From Cycas panzhihuaensis (Eukaryota; Plantae; Cycadophyta), in contig CM041465.1 of assembly GCA_023213395.1 (NCBI GenBank), positions 186,999,741 through 187,063,740 of the forward strand: 64,000 bases of DNA, given 5' to 3'. A program made the position numbers and the translations under genes. The notes under the pieces are model-generated. The model searched no databases, was not told the DNA's origin, and saw only the letters and a list, made by a program, of their open reading frames with translations. This document shows positions 53,701-64,000 of the stretch, piece by piece (the first letter of the stretch is position 1; the number at the start of each line of letters is the position of its first letter).

Positions 53701-56700
53701 GAATGTGGGGAACCTGCAACGTACGGGGACTATCCTAAGGCTGGGACTATCCTGCAACTTCTTTATCCTTGTTGATACATCCCCCCTCAAGGATAACATC
53801 AGTGAGTCCTAATCCGATACACATCTTCGTGAATTGATCTTCAGTGAATGGCTTGGTGAACACGTCTGCAAGTTGTAATTCACTCGGACAATAGTCAACC
53901 TGCAATTTTCCTGACTTGATCTGCTCATGAATGTAATGGTGTTGAATCTCGATATGCTTTGTACACGCATGAAACTCTGGATTCTTCAATGCATTTAATG
54001 GTACTCTGATTATCAACAAAGAAAATCGGATGTCCATTGGAAACGCCAAGAAATTCCAAGAGACCTTGCAAACATACTGCTTCTTTCGCACCAAAGATCG
54101 AGTCCTTGATATTCTGCTTCTGTAGAAGATAGCGCCATTGTCTGCTGCTTCTTTGACTGCCACGAAACAAATCCATTGCCAATACTAAACAAGTATCCAG
54201 CGGTGGACTTCCGATCGTCAGAATCTCCTCCCCCAATCAGCATCCGTGTAGCCATGCAACCTGATCTTCTCTCCTCTGTGGTATTCAAGACCAAGATTGA
54301 TTGTCCCCTTCAGATATTTCAAAATCCGCTTTGCTGCCACCAAATGAGGCTCCTGAGGATTCTGCATGTAGCGAAAAACCAATCCAACAGCGTATGCGAT
54401 ATCTGGCCTAGTATGAGTCAAATAAATGAGACTCCCTACCAACTGGCAATATTTCGTGCCATCTACAGAAGGTTGGGCCATATCTGTCTGCAATCTTGCA
54501 CCTTTTACATATGGTGTTGCAACAGGTTTGCAGTGTTGCATTCCAAATCTTTCCAGTAAGTTCTTCACATACTGCGATTGCAACAACACGATCCTATCTT
54601 CCATCTACGTGATCTGAATGCCCAAGAAATAGTGAAGTTTCCCAAGATCCGTCATGTCAAATGAAGCTCCCAAATTGGATTTAACTTCGGCTATAACCTT
54701 GCCACGATTACTGCTGATGATTAGATCATCCACATACACCACGCAAGCTACTACGGAAGTCCCTCTTCTTTTCATATACAGATTCGAGTCGAGTTTTGAA
54801 ATTTCAAAACCTTTAGCTTTCAACTTGGCACCCATCTTCTCATACCAAGCACGAGGTGGTTGTTTTAGGCCATAGATTGACTTTTTCATATGGCAAACAA
54901 GATGCTCCTGGCCATCCTTAATGAATCCCATAGGCTATGATATGTATATCTCCTCCTTTAGATCCCCATTAAGGAATACAGACTTAACGTCCATCTGGTG
55001 TAACTCTCAATCTAATGCAGCTGCAAAGGAAATGAGTAAGCGGACCATTGTCATTTTGGAGACTGGTGCAAACGTCTCCTCATAGTCAATTCCTTCTTTC
55101 TGCTTGAATCCCTGAACAACAAGTCTGGCCTTGTACTTGTCCACCTCTCCATCGGAGCGGAACTTTGTCTTAAAGACCCACTTGCATCCAACAAGATTCT
55201 TTGACGGAGGTAGTGGAACCAAATCCCACGTATCGTTCTTCATCAGAGAACCATATCCTTCCTCCATTGCAGCTCTCCATCTTGGATCTCCTTTCGCTTC
55301 AGCAAACGAATCAGGATCACTGGAGTCATTGGTGTCTACCAGCAGAGTTCAACTGGCATGCTGACTTCTGGTTAAATCATCATCAGTTAGGGTTTGCATC
55401 GCCACACCAAAATCTTCAAGAGTTTTCCTTGCCCATAAAGGTATAGAACGACCCATTGTTGGAGGTACTTCTTGTCATGGCGGCTCCTCACTATTACTCG
55501 TCCCACTTGGTCCTGCTTCCTCAGGTGCTACAGCGACTGGCTCATCGTCCTCTTCGCTTGAAGAATCTGGGAATGGGAGAAGGGGAGGGTAAAAAGGTTC
55601 CCCTGATGCTCTTTCAGCATGATACGTCGATGACTCGTCAAATTTAACATCCCGACTAACCACAATCTTCTCCCCCTGTGGATCCCATAGTCTATAGGCT
55701 TTGTTCTCCGTGCAATACCCCATGAATATGCACTTCAGACTCTTTCGATCCAGCTTTTTACAGGTATCATCAGGGATGTGGGCGTACGCTATACACCCAA
55801 ACGTTCTCAAATGGCTAATGGTAGGCTTCCGACTGGTCCATTTCTCCTCGGGGGTCATGCTGCGAACCACCTGAGTGGGTATCCGAATTAAAATATAAAC
55901 AGCAGTCGCCATAGCTTCTACCCAAAACTTCGGTGGCAAGTTTTTAACATGCACCATACACCTCGCCATCTCCATCATGGTACGGTTCTTTCTTTCAGCC
56001 ACTCCATTCTGTTGTGGGGTATACGGGACTGTAAACTCCCATTTTATACCATGGTTGCGGCAGAATTGATTAAACGCATGATTGTCGTATTCTTTACCAT
56101 TATCACTTCATAAAGTTTTTATTTTCTTATCACTTTCATTTTCAACCATCGTTTTTCAATCACGAAAGCGATCAAATCTGTCTGACTTGTTCTTGAGAAA
56201 ATAAACCCAGGCTTTCCTGGTGTAATCATCCACGAACACAAGTGTATATCAGGCTCCTGATATCGAAGGGTTTGGGAGTGGTCCCATAATGTCTGAGTGC
56301 ACAAGCTCCAGCTTCTCCTTGGCTCTCTAGGCGTTATCCCGAGCAAAAGGATAGTGGTGATGCTTGCCATACATGCATCCTTCGCATACACCATCCGAGC
56401 AGGAAACCGACGACAGTCCTTCCACCATCTTCAACCTCGTTAGAAGTGCAATACTCCTGTAATTAAGGTGCCCAAGGCGATTGTGCCACAGTTTACTTTC
56501 GTCATCCGCGCTGATAACAAAGGCATAGGACTTCTTCTGAGATTGAAACTTTTCAAACACCCAGAAGTTGTCCCTGACTTTCCCGGTAGCTATAATGACA
56601 AAGTTACATTTTGGGTTCTTTATCAGGCACTTATCATTATAGAGCTCCACTTTCATACCTTGTTTGCAGATCTCCCAAGCAGACAGAATGTTTAACTACA

Positions 56701-59700
56701 TCTTGGGTACATAATATACCCTGGAAAACTTGCCTCCTGCAATGGAAACTTCACCGATACCATCAACTGGCAACACACGAGCATCTCCAAGAACGATCTT
56801 AGCACCACTTTGATTTGCTTTCAACGTATCAAAGTTCCGCCTCTGGTAAGAGATGTGCTTCTGCGCTCCAAAATCGAGTACCTAATAGTCTCTTCGATCC
56901 GTTTCGGCTGATAAGGTCCGTGTTTGGACGCAATGAGCAACAACACTCTTTCCTTTATCATCCTGGTTACCTTTACGTTTGTCACGACGTTTGAACCAAC
57001 AGTTCTTCTCGCGGTGACCATCCTTCTTGCAGTAATTGCACTTTCCATTAAACTTCTTCTTGTCTTGAGAGCTTTCTCCAGACCGTTGTGTGATCTTCTC
57101 CTCCTTAGGGGCCTCCTTCCTCTGAGATTTCATGGCTAAGGCCTGACTTGAACGTAACCTCCAAGCAAACCATGATGTTTGAGCTTGGCATCCTCTGCTA
57201 GAATTAGGTTTTTGAATCCATCAAAAGTTTTTGCCTCCATCACTTCGTCTCTACCGTAAATGGTATGGAATGTGGCGAACGCAGCTGGAAGTTTCGACAT
57301 GATTATCACAAACAAGAGCGCATCATTGATCGAGTTCTGCTTTAACTCTTCTAGCTTGTTCTTCAAGTCGATTATTTTATTTAGATAGGAGTTGATATTG
57401 TTCTCATCTTCAACTTTTGAATTGGGTAGTTCCAACATCAGAGCAAGACGCCTATTCGTCTTCTTCTTCTCAAAAGTATCACACAACTTCATCCAAATCT
57501 CGGCTGGGTCACCCAGATTGTGAACTAGAGCCCTCTGGTCCGGCGCCAGTGAGAGTTTCAGTAATCCAACAGCCATACATTGCTTCTCTTCAAGTTTGAT
57601 ACGCTCCTTATGGTCAAGTGGGACTGAAACAAGCTTCGCCTTGGTGATTCCCCAGAGTTGGTTCACCATCAAAATAAGTTCCATATTAGCATTCCATTCG
57701 CTAAAATTGTTACCATTAAAGATAACTTTAGGCATAAGCTTCTCCATCTCGAACGACAGGCTACACTGTGAAGCACATGACACCAAACAAATGTATTAAG
57801 GACGAAAATGCACCCTTGTGATCTCCTCTGCCTCACGAGCACACATCCAAAGGGACCCAACACGGATTATACCCACGTTAAGTGAGCCACCGACTGTTTT
57901 TCTCCTCTTATCCGTCAACAAATGACCTTAAATAGCCATTAAATGTCACAACCGACACTTCAAAATGGCTAAAAACATGTGCTCCAGAACAAAGACGCCT
58001 CCATACGATGATGGTGCACGGTCTCCAAGTCAAAAAATCACAAAAAAACTCCTTGATTTGCACTTGAAACGACTCAAGGACACATCAAGTATCTCTCACT
58101 ATTCACGTGCATCAATGGTTCAAAGGGCTTTTATAAAGTTGAATTGAGATTGGAAGATGCCAAAAGGCATATTCCAAAAGTGACGACTTTTCAAGGAACT
58201 CGTGCCTTTTTAACTTAAGTCACATGCTTAAGTATCCTCCAAAAGTCACACTACTTGAGGAGAGGGACGTGGCTGTTCAACACACCCTGTTGTTCTATGC
58301 GTTGTCACCAAGTGGTCTATATCATTCGTACGGCTGGTAAGGCTTCAACGCAGCCAAGACATGTCTGCTGAGTACTTGGACAGACTCTAACGACCACGAT
58401 TATCAACAAACCGGACACAAAGCGCCTAGCCAAGAGAAAATGCGACCTCCTTGGATCGGCCAAATCGGACCTTATGACAAAACCCCTTGAAAATGACCCG
58501 GCCCGGCTTCTAGAGGTGCTTAGACGCCAAGAAAACAACTCGGCCGGTCCTGAAGCGGTCACAAAGCGATTGCCCGGCCGGTCCTAAATCCGCCCATCCA
58601 CTCTCCAATCACATCAAAACGCACTCACCATCATCCAAGGCACTAAAAGCGACCTTAGAAAGCGGTTGTACGACCTTTATTTAATGTACACACACCTCAA
58701 AGAAGTCATACAAAGCGACCTAGCAACTTAACAACACCAAGATGTCGGCTCAAAAGTGTGTTTTCAGTGCAGATATGGGGTCATATGCCCACAGATAGAG
58801 ACGCTACAACTCAAAAATTTCAGTGAAAGATGCCTTATACTGCTATGTACTTCTCTTAATCTCAGTATAGAGGACTGAAAACTGTTCAAAAGACTCCAAT
58901 CTCTTCCTTATACAGACTAACAAAGGCAACACCAGAAGAAGCTTTGTTTTTATTGAGTTTTATAGTGCTTCGAGTGGGAATACCCCAGACTTAGTGTATG
59001 AAAAGAGGGTTGTCCTTAATGTCATTGAATCACCATCAGTGCGTGTTCTGCACGCTTGAATCACCTCAACAGATCATCAATCGTCTTCGGATAACCCTAA
59101 ACGGGCTAACTCCAACCACCAATGTGGTTTTCACGCCTGAATACAGACTCCAATAACCCTTACACTCTGTCGAATAGTGATCTCCACTACTCCAACAACC
59201 ATTGATTTTTATGTGCCTGCTTCTAAACGATGTTAGGGTTGATGGACCCTTAAGACTTGGCTTGGGTCAGACGGCGTTACCCAGCAACCAATGATTCCAC
59301 CGCCCGCTCACCGTCAAGCTTCAGCTGTGCAAGACCCTACTGCTCTGATACCATGTTCGGAAACATGAAATCATACACTGATGTTCCCATACGCAGGATC
59401 TTTAACCATACACAACAAGCAACAAATGGAAAATACAGAAAACAGATACACAGTACACAGGTATTTACGTGGGAAACCCTTTCGGAAAAAAACCCACCAC
59501 AAAGAGGATCCTTGATGGATCGTTTTATTATTGCACAATGAACTTGGATGATGAATATACAAGGCCTCAAGGCTTTTATACTCTCCAAGAGGTATCACCC
59601 GATTAGGGTTGTGACCCTCCGAATAAATCGTACATTTTGGCTTGCACCCTTTCACATAATTAAACCACATTAACATTAATTAAATGGCTTAATAATTAAC

Positions 59701-59825
59701 TGCCACACTAACAATTCTCTCTCTTAAAAAACTGACTTCTTATTCTCTCTCTTAAAATCATCTTCACGTCTTAAAGCTAACTTTGCATGCTTCTTTATAG
59801 CCAACTTCACATTAGGTTTGTAACA
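50711..59825 (-). mobile_element. Non-autonomous LTR element D (~2.7 kb of its own sequence); 5' LTR split by element E
   Basis: LTR 50711-51106 matches 53027-53326 + 59719-59825; PPT complement ACTCCCCTCCCC 51107; degenerate PBS complement 53013-53024; TSD CAATT/CGACT (two transitions). Removing D restores the RNase H of A (LGSTTVTWNSKKQ). Confidence 0.88.
53327..59713 (-). mobile_element. Youngest Ty1/Copia element E (6.39 kb), full-length but carrying stops and frameshifts
   Basis: 360-bp LTRs 53327-53686 and 59354-59713 (16 mismatches by hand count); perfect TSD ATTCT; PBS complement GCTCTGATACCA 59342-59353; PPT complement 53687-53695. Gag (FNGNNFSEW), CNYCKKDGHREKNC, LWHNRLGHLN, INT, RT YVDD, RH DADW..ADVFTK. 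Confidence 0.97.
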
Positions 59826-60371
59826 CGACTACAGTGACTTGGAATAGTAAGAAACAACCTGATGTTACTCTCTCATCAACTGAAGCAGAGCACAAAGCTA
59901 TAATCAAAGCAACATGAAAAACCATCTAGTTGAGACACATTCTTACTGACTTGGGACTTCACCGAGAGGATGCTATAAAGATATACTATGACAACAAAAG
60001 CACATTAAAGATAGCTAAGAACTATGTATTTTATGTTCATACCAAATACATAGAGGTACATCACCACTTTATTAGGAAGTAGGTCTAGAACAGAGAAATT
60101 GAGCTAGTTTATAGACCCACAAAAAAACAAGTAGTTTATATCTTCACCAAACCACTAGGAAAAGACAAGTTTGAAATTTTCAAAGAAGGCCTTGGAATAA
60201 GAAGTAATGAAGTAAATATTGAGGGGAAGTGTTAGACTTAATGTTCACTTCATTATAGTGTAGTTTGTTATAATATGTGGTTAACACTTAATATTATATG
60301 TTCTAATTCTCCATGTGGGTTGGTTAACACTTCCTACATGATTGACAAGTGTTAGCATGTACAAGTGTAAG

Positions 60372-60407
<36 letters not shown>

Positions 60408-61087
60408 CATATAGTATACACTCATTCTCATGCTAAGTGAATACCAATTATTTTTTACTAGTAGATCAATTCTACTAGAAACATCTATCATTTTCTTGTT
60501 GCTTACACTTAGCTATTGGTTATAGTTTGATCTAGGAGCTAATAGGAGAGAATAACAACATTAAGGAATGACTCCATGTCCATATGTATAGATGGTTGAT
60601 GAGTGTTGCCAACATAGAAAATGAGGAACATGTGTGTTAAAGGTAAATGTTCAAGTGAAACATGCACTTCATTGCTCATTTATACATAATGAATTCCTCT
60701 TCTATGCAATTGCTTACAAATGTTGACTTACAAATCGCATCCACCTGCTACAAGAAGCCTAGTACATCTTTGACTTGAGAAGTAATATAATCACACCTAT
60801 ACCACAATGCAAAGACTAAGTATTTATACTTAATATTCGCATGGATGGTAAAGTTTTGCACTAAATCCTAATTGCCAATTTGCTTTTGAGAAATTCGCCA
60901 AAAGAAAAAAACCTTTTTTTTTTGGCTGCAACCAGTAAAGTCGTTTCCACTTGCACGCAAAACATAAGCCCAAATGTTACAGACTTAATTCAATTGCCCA
61001 CGCACGTGCCCTGCCATGCCGACACCATGGAATCTCTTCACTTGCACACGCAAAATGGACCCAAAAGCCATGGAATCATTTCACTTA

Positions 61088-61564
61088 CGATGCGGTCCCA
61101 TGCCACCCGTTGGGCCGCTGGATTAGCGGCCCAGGCGGTCCCGTGCAACGGTGAATACCCGCTCGCCCGGAGAAGATAGAATCTTCTCCGGGATTCACGG
61201 AGCGGACCCGCTGAACTTAAGCGACGCAAAATTTGCGTCGCTCAATTCAGCGGGCACCCGCTCGATACGAACAGATGTTCGCTGGCCAAATATTATTGGC
61301 CAGCATCAGATCATCATAACGTGCTGATCCTTGAGCGCCAAATCTATCTAAGTTGGCGGGAACTTTGGCAAGAGGAGCAGAGTCTTGTCATTTTAAATAC
61401 ACTGCATTGAGGCGGGATCGCTGATTCTTATCCAATTTGGCGGGTATTTGGAGCGGGAAGATCCACAAATTTGCATGGGATCCGAACTACCCGCGCCGCT
61501 CCGCAAAACCCGGCGCGGTACCCGCTCCGGATTGCCCGGAAGCGGGCGGCATGGGACCGCGCTC
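61088..61564. mobile_element. GC-rich MITE (PIF/Harbinger/Tourist-like) made of multiple stem-loops
   Basis: TTA flanks (61085-61087, 61565-61567); TIR core GCGGTCCCATGCC (61092-61104) / GGCATGGGACCGC (61548-61560); at least 8 internal inverted repeats. Confidence 0.75.
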
Positions 61565-61853
61565 TTACACTTACAACAGACGCCATAATGCCTCAAAATC
61601 TTTTCACTTGCTAATACAAGATGCCCTCTAACACCACAGAATCATTTCATTTGCAGATGACAGGCCCTAATGCTTCAAAATCACTTAACCTGAACACACA
61701 AGACAAGCCTGTATGCCAAAGCCGAATGTTTCTGGCAATTCAGAACATGGGCCTATCACCTAGGGAAGCTTGAGCTTACTACAGTTCTCGTTTTCGTTAG
61801 AGTGACTCAATAAATTCACAGCCACATTGCTCGATAGACACAATTTGTCTTAC

Positions 61854-62944
61854 CTTGCATGCTTGTAGTCTTGATGAGATTTCACAACTACAGTCCTCAA
61901 AAAACCCATGGAAGCCTCCTCAAACCTCTGAATCCGCGCAATTGAAAGCAACAATGCAACGGTGAATGGTGAAACCGGACCATGATCAGCTCGGATCACA
62001 TTCAACAACTCCTGACCCAGAGAAGGATCCTGTTTTATCGCAAAATTCATGTGCAACAGCACCGTTCCTTCTACTTGACGCAGCACCTCGGCCGAATTCT
62101 TGCCATTGGACTGAGAGCCAAACCCCCTTCTATTATCAGCATGTTCAGCCGAAGCCCTCGACATGAAGTCCCCAAAAAATTTGACAATGCCTCCAAGAAC
62201 AGCCTTCTTGTGACCCTTGGAGGCGAAAAGCAGAAGCTGGTAAACGAGGGAAGGGAGGTCCTGAGGCTCTGCCCTTTTCATACGACCAAATACCTTCTTC
62301 AAGAAACCCTCAACCTGATTCTTATTTAGCTGCATTTCACGCAGTATACCGACCATTCTGGTTAGCATGACCTTGGACCACTTTGCATGCAATACGCGAT
62401 TTAAAACAAATCCGGCATACTCGGAGCTGCTGCTCACCAGAACCTCCCCGTCCTGACCGGGAACCTTAACCTCGGGTGTAGACATAATCAGATTCAAGCA
62501 CCTGGGCAAGAGCTGAAGCTGATAACCATCATCCGAACCAGTAATAGTTTCCAAGTTTGAGGCTATGAATTCTGCCATCGATGGAAGCGAACGCTTGGGA
62601 AGAGCATCTAATTCTTGTATAAAGAAATCATAGCAGTCTATGCATTTCCTATCGTTAGGGATTTTCTTCGATTGAAATAAGGTTAAGCATTTCATCACAA
62701 CGAGGAGTAGAAGCTCTGCAGGCCTGGAGGAGGGGTCGTCTCTGGCCATTCTTCCCAGGGTGAAAAATAAAGCTCGGACGTAGTCCATTATTGCCTGTCC
62801 TGGGTCTTGATCCCTGGATCTCTTGTCTATGAACTCAAGAATAAGGTCATTGTCTTTTGACAGAATTAGGCGCTCCAGCTTATTAGAGCCTTCAGAGAAA
62901 CCTGAAGATTTAACGTACTGAATAATTTCATCGTCCAACCCCAT
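61854..62944 (-). CDS. FANCI: FANCI coding exon 1 (1091 nt)
   Basis: ATG at 62944, GCAAG|gtaaga donor; DLPSLVYQLLLFASKG..LRQVEGTVLLHMNFAIKQDPSLGQE..LSIARIQRFEE is typical of the FANCI N-terminal solenoid. Confidence 0.93.
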
Positions 62945-63096
62945 CTCTGCTGTTACTACTGAAATGCTCTATTTTCGGTTGCAAAATTGCTCTTCCTCGG
63001 ATGCTAAATCGGGAGAAAATAAATCTGTCTGTGTAGACAATTGTAGCGCTCCATGAACCAGAACTAGACAAACTCAAAACCAAAAGAAGAAAAAGC

Positions 63097-63104
63097 CCGC
63101 GAAA
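63097..63104 (-). promoter_or_regulatory. Candidate E2F/DP site TTTCGCGG upstream of FANCI
   Basis: Matches TTTSSCGS, about 150 bp 5' of the ATG; E2F control is typical of replication and repair genes. Confidence 0.6.
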
Positions 63105-63342
63105 TGCCATATCTCATCGGACAAGATGTAATTGCGGATGGAAAGGGAAATTACTCGTCCTTATAATAATTAATTAATCTCCCCCGGTAATAATAATAGT
63201 CAATTAAATTTTTGTCACTGAAGTTTGTTTCTTATTGCGTAGGTAAGTGCCCTCAAATAACTTGGAGGAGTCTCTCTATTACTAGGGCAGAGTATAAACT
63301 CCTATTTAAAAAAGGTTAAAAAAAATGTAGTGAATAGAGTAG

Positions 63343-63499
63343 TTTTGTGAGCATTTGACAAATAGATTAATTAATTATATATATATATATATATATATAA
63401 TTGATTAATATGTTTGTCAAATGCTCACAAAATTATATATATATATATAATTGATTAATTTGTTTGTCAAATGCTCATAAAATTATATATATATATATA
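63343..63499. repeat. (TA)n-centred ~90-bp palindrome plus a tandem 50-bp copy of its right arm
   Basis: TTTTGTGAGCATTTGACAAA..(TA)n..TTTGTCAAATGCTCACAAAA at 63343-63432; arm repeated at 63431-63480. Confidence 0.9.
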
Positions 63500-64000
63500 G
63501 TTATGCACATACATTTATATATATAGTTATGTGAATTATTACTCAAATTAATCTACTTGTTAAATTGATGTGTGATTAATTCATAAATAATTATTATCAA
63601 ATCGTTGGCATGTGATCAATTCAAAGGCGATTATGGTGGGAGAAGTCTATTGGTGCTTACAGACGGTCCACTGTCTGCACTAATACTAATGTAGACTTAA
63701 TAGCCTGAGAGTGTTGATAGGCTTTCTTTATGAGATGTGGGATTGTACCATATATGAATCTATTTGGATAGGTTTCACTTTTGAAACATGTAATTCTATT
63801 ATGTGGTGTTGTGCATTCTATACATGGATATGTTTGGATAGATTTTTTCTTTTGAAATGTGTTGTGATTCTCTTACTAGTCTATGCATGAATTTGCCATG
63901 ATGAATTATTATAATAAATTTGATTCAATAGTGGTTGTAAAACAATGAATACATTTTATAATTACTCTTGTCAATGGAATAGAGTATTGAGTCATGGACA

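Larger units (their letters stand above)
35957..60524 (+). mobile_element. Old Ty1/Copia element A (~5.5 kb of its own sequence) expanded to 24.6 kb by nested insertions
   Basis: LTRs 35957-36232 and 60230-60524, each with (GT)n; perfect TSD GTTTG (35952-35956, 60525-60529); PBS TGGTATCAGAGC 36236-36247; PPT GAGGGGAAG 60221-60229. Gag from ~37914, CCHC ~38595, INT ~39300-39990, RT ~49600-50400, RH resumes VTWNSKKQ at ~59834. Confidence 0.95.

Noticed and set aside
61088-61564. rRNA/tRNA gene, CRISPR array or bacterial contamination for the GC-rich island
   Set aside because: No extended rRNA similarity, cloverleaf or repeat-spacer periodicity. It is bounded by TIRs and TTA inside a continuous intron. 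Its short overlapping ORFs are a GC artefact.
61966-62329. Plus-strand ORFs overlapping FANCI exon 1
   Set aside because: Antisense shadows of a GC-richer coding exon, with no independent evidence.

Overview
Eukaryotic, land-plant nuclear DNA. It is AT-rich and CpG-depleted and looks like a large-genome non-flowering vascular plant such as a fern or gymnosperm; the taxon is an inference. The only host gene is a minus-strand FANCI (Fanconi anaemia group I) orthologue. I traced ten coding exons by hand (62944 down to 32545). They splice in frame into 1087 codons and include the LVLRKAMF mono-ubiquitination motif and an SQ cluster. The 3' exons lie beyond the left edge of the window. Intron 1 (26.0 kb) and intron 10 (>32.5 kb) are almost entirely nested transposons. 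Intron 1 holds one old Copia (A) containing a hAT MITE, a chromovirus (B, itself carrying a gag-only TR-GAG-like element C and a captured 489-bp foreign segment) and a non-autonomous element (D, whose LTR is split by a young Copia E). Intron 1 also carries a GC-rich, hairpin-packed Harbinger-type MITE near exon 1. Intron 10 holds a truncated Gypsy (F), a decayed Gypsy (G) interrupted by a full-length Gypsy (H) and by non-autonomous element I with J nested inside it, a gag remnant, and a LINE split by a hAT MITE. The most unusual items are: the hairpin-array MITE; Gypsy H with tandem gag-like repeats between protease and RT plus an extra 3' ORF; the TR-GAG-like element; a GC-AG intron; and captured or patchwork filler DNA. 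All coordinates and mismatch counts were read by eye.
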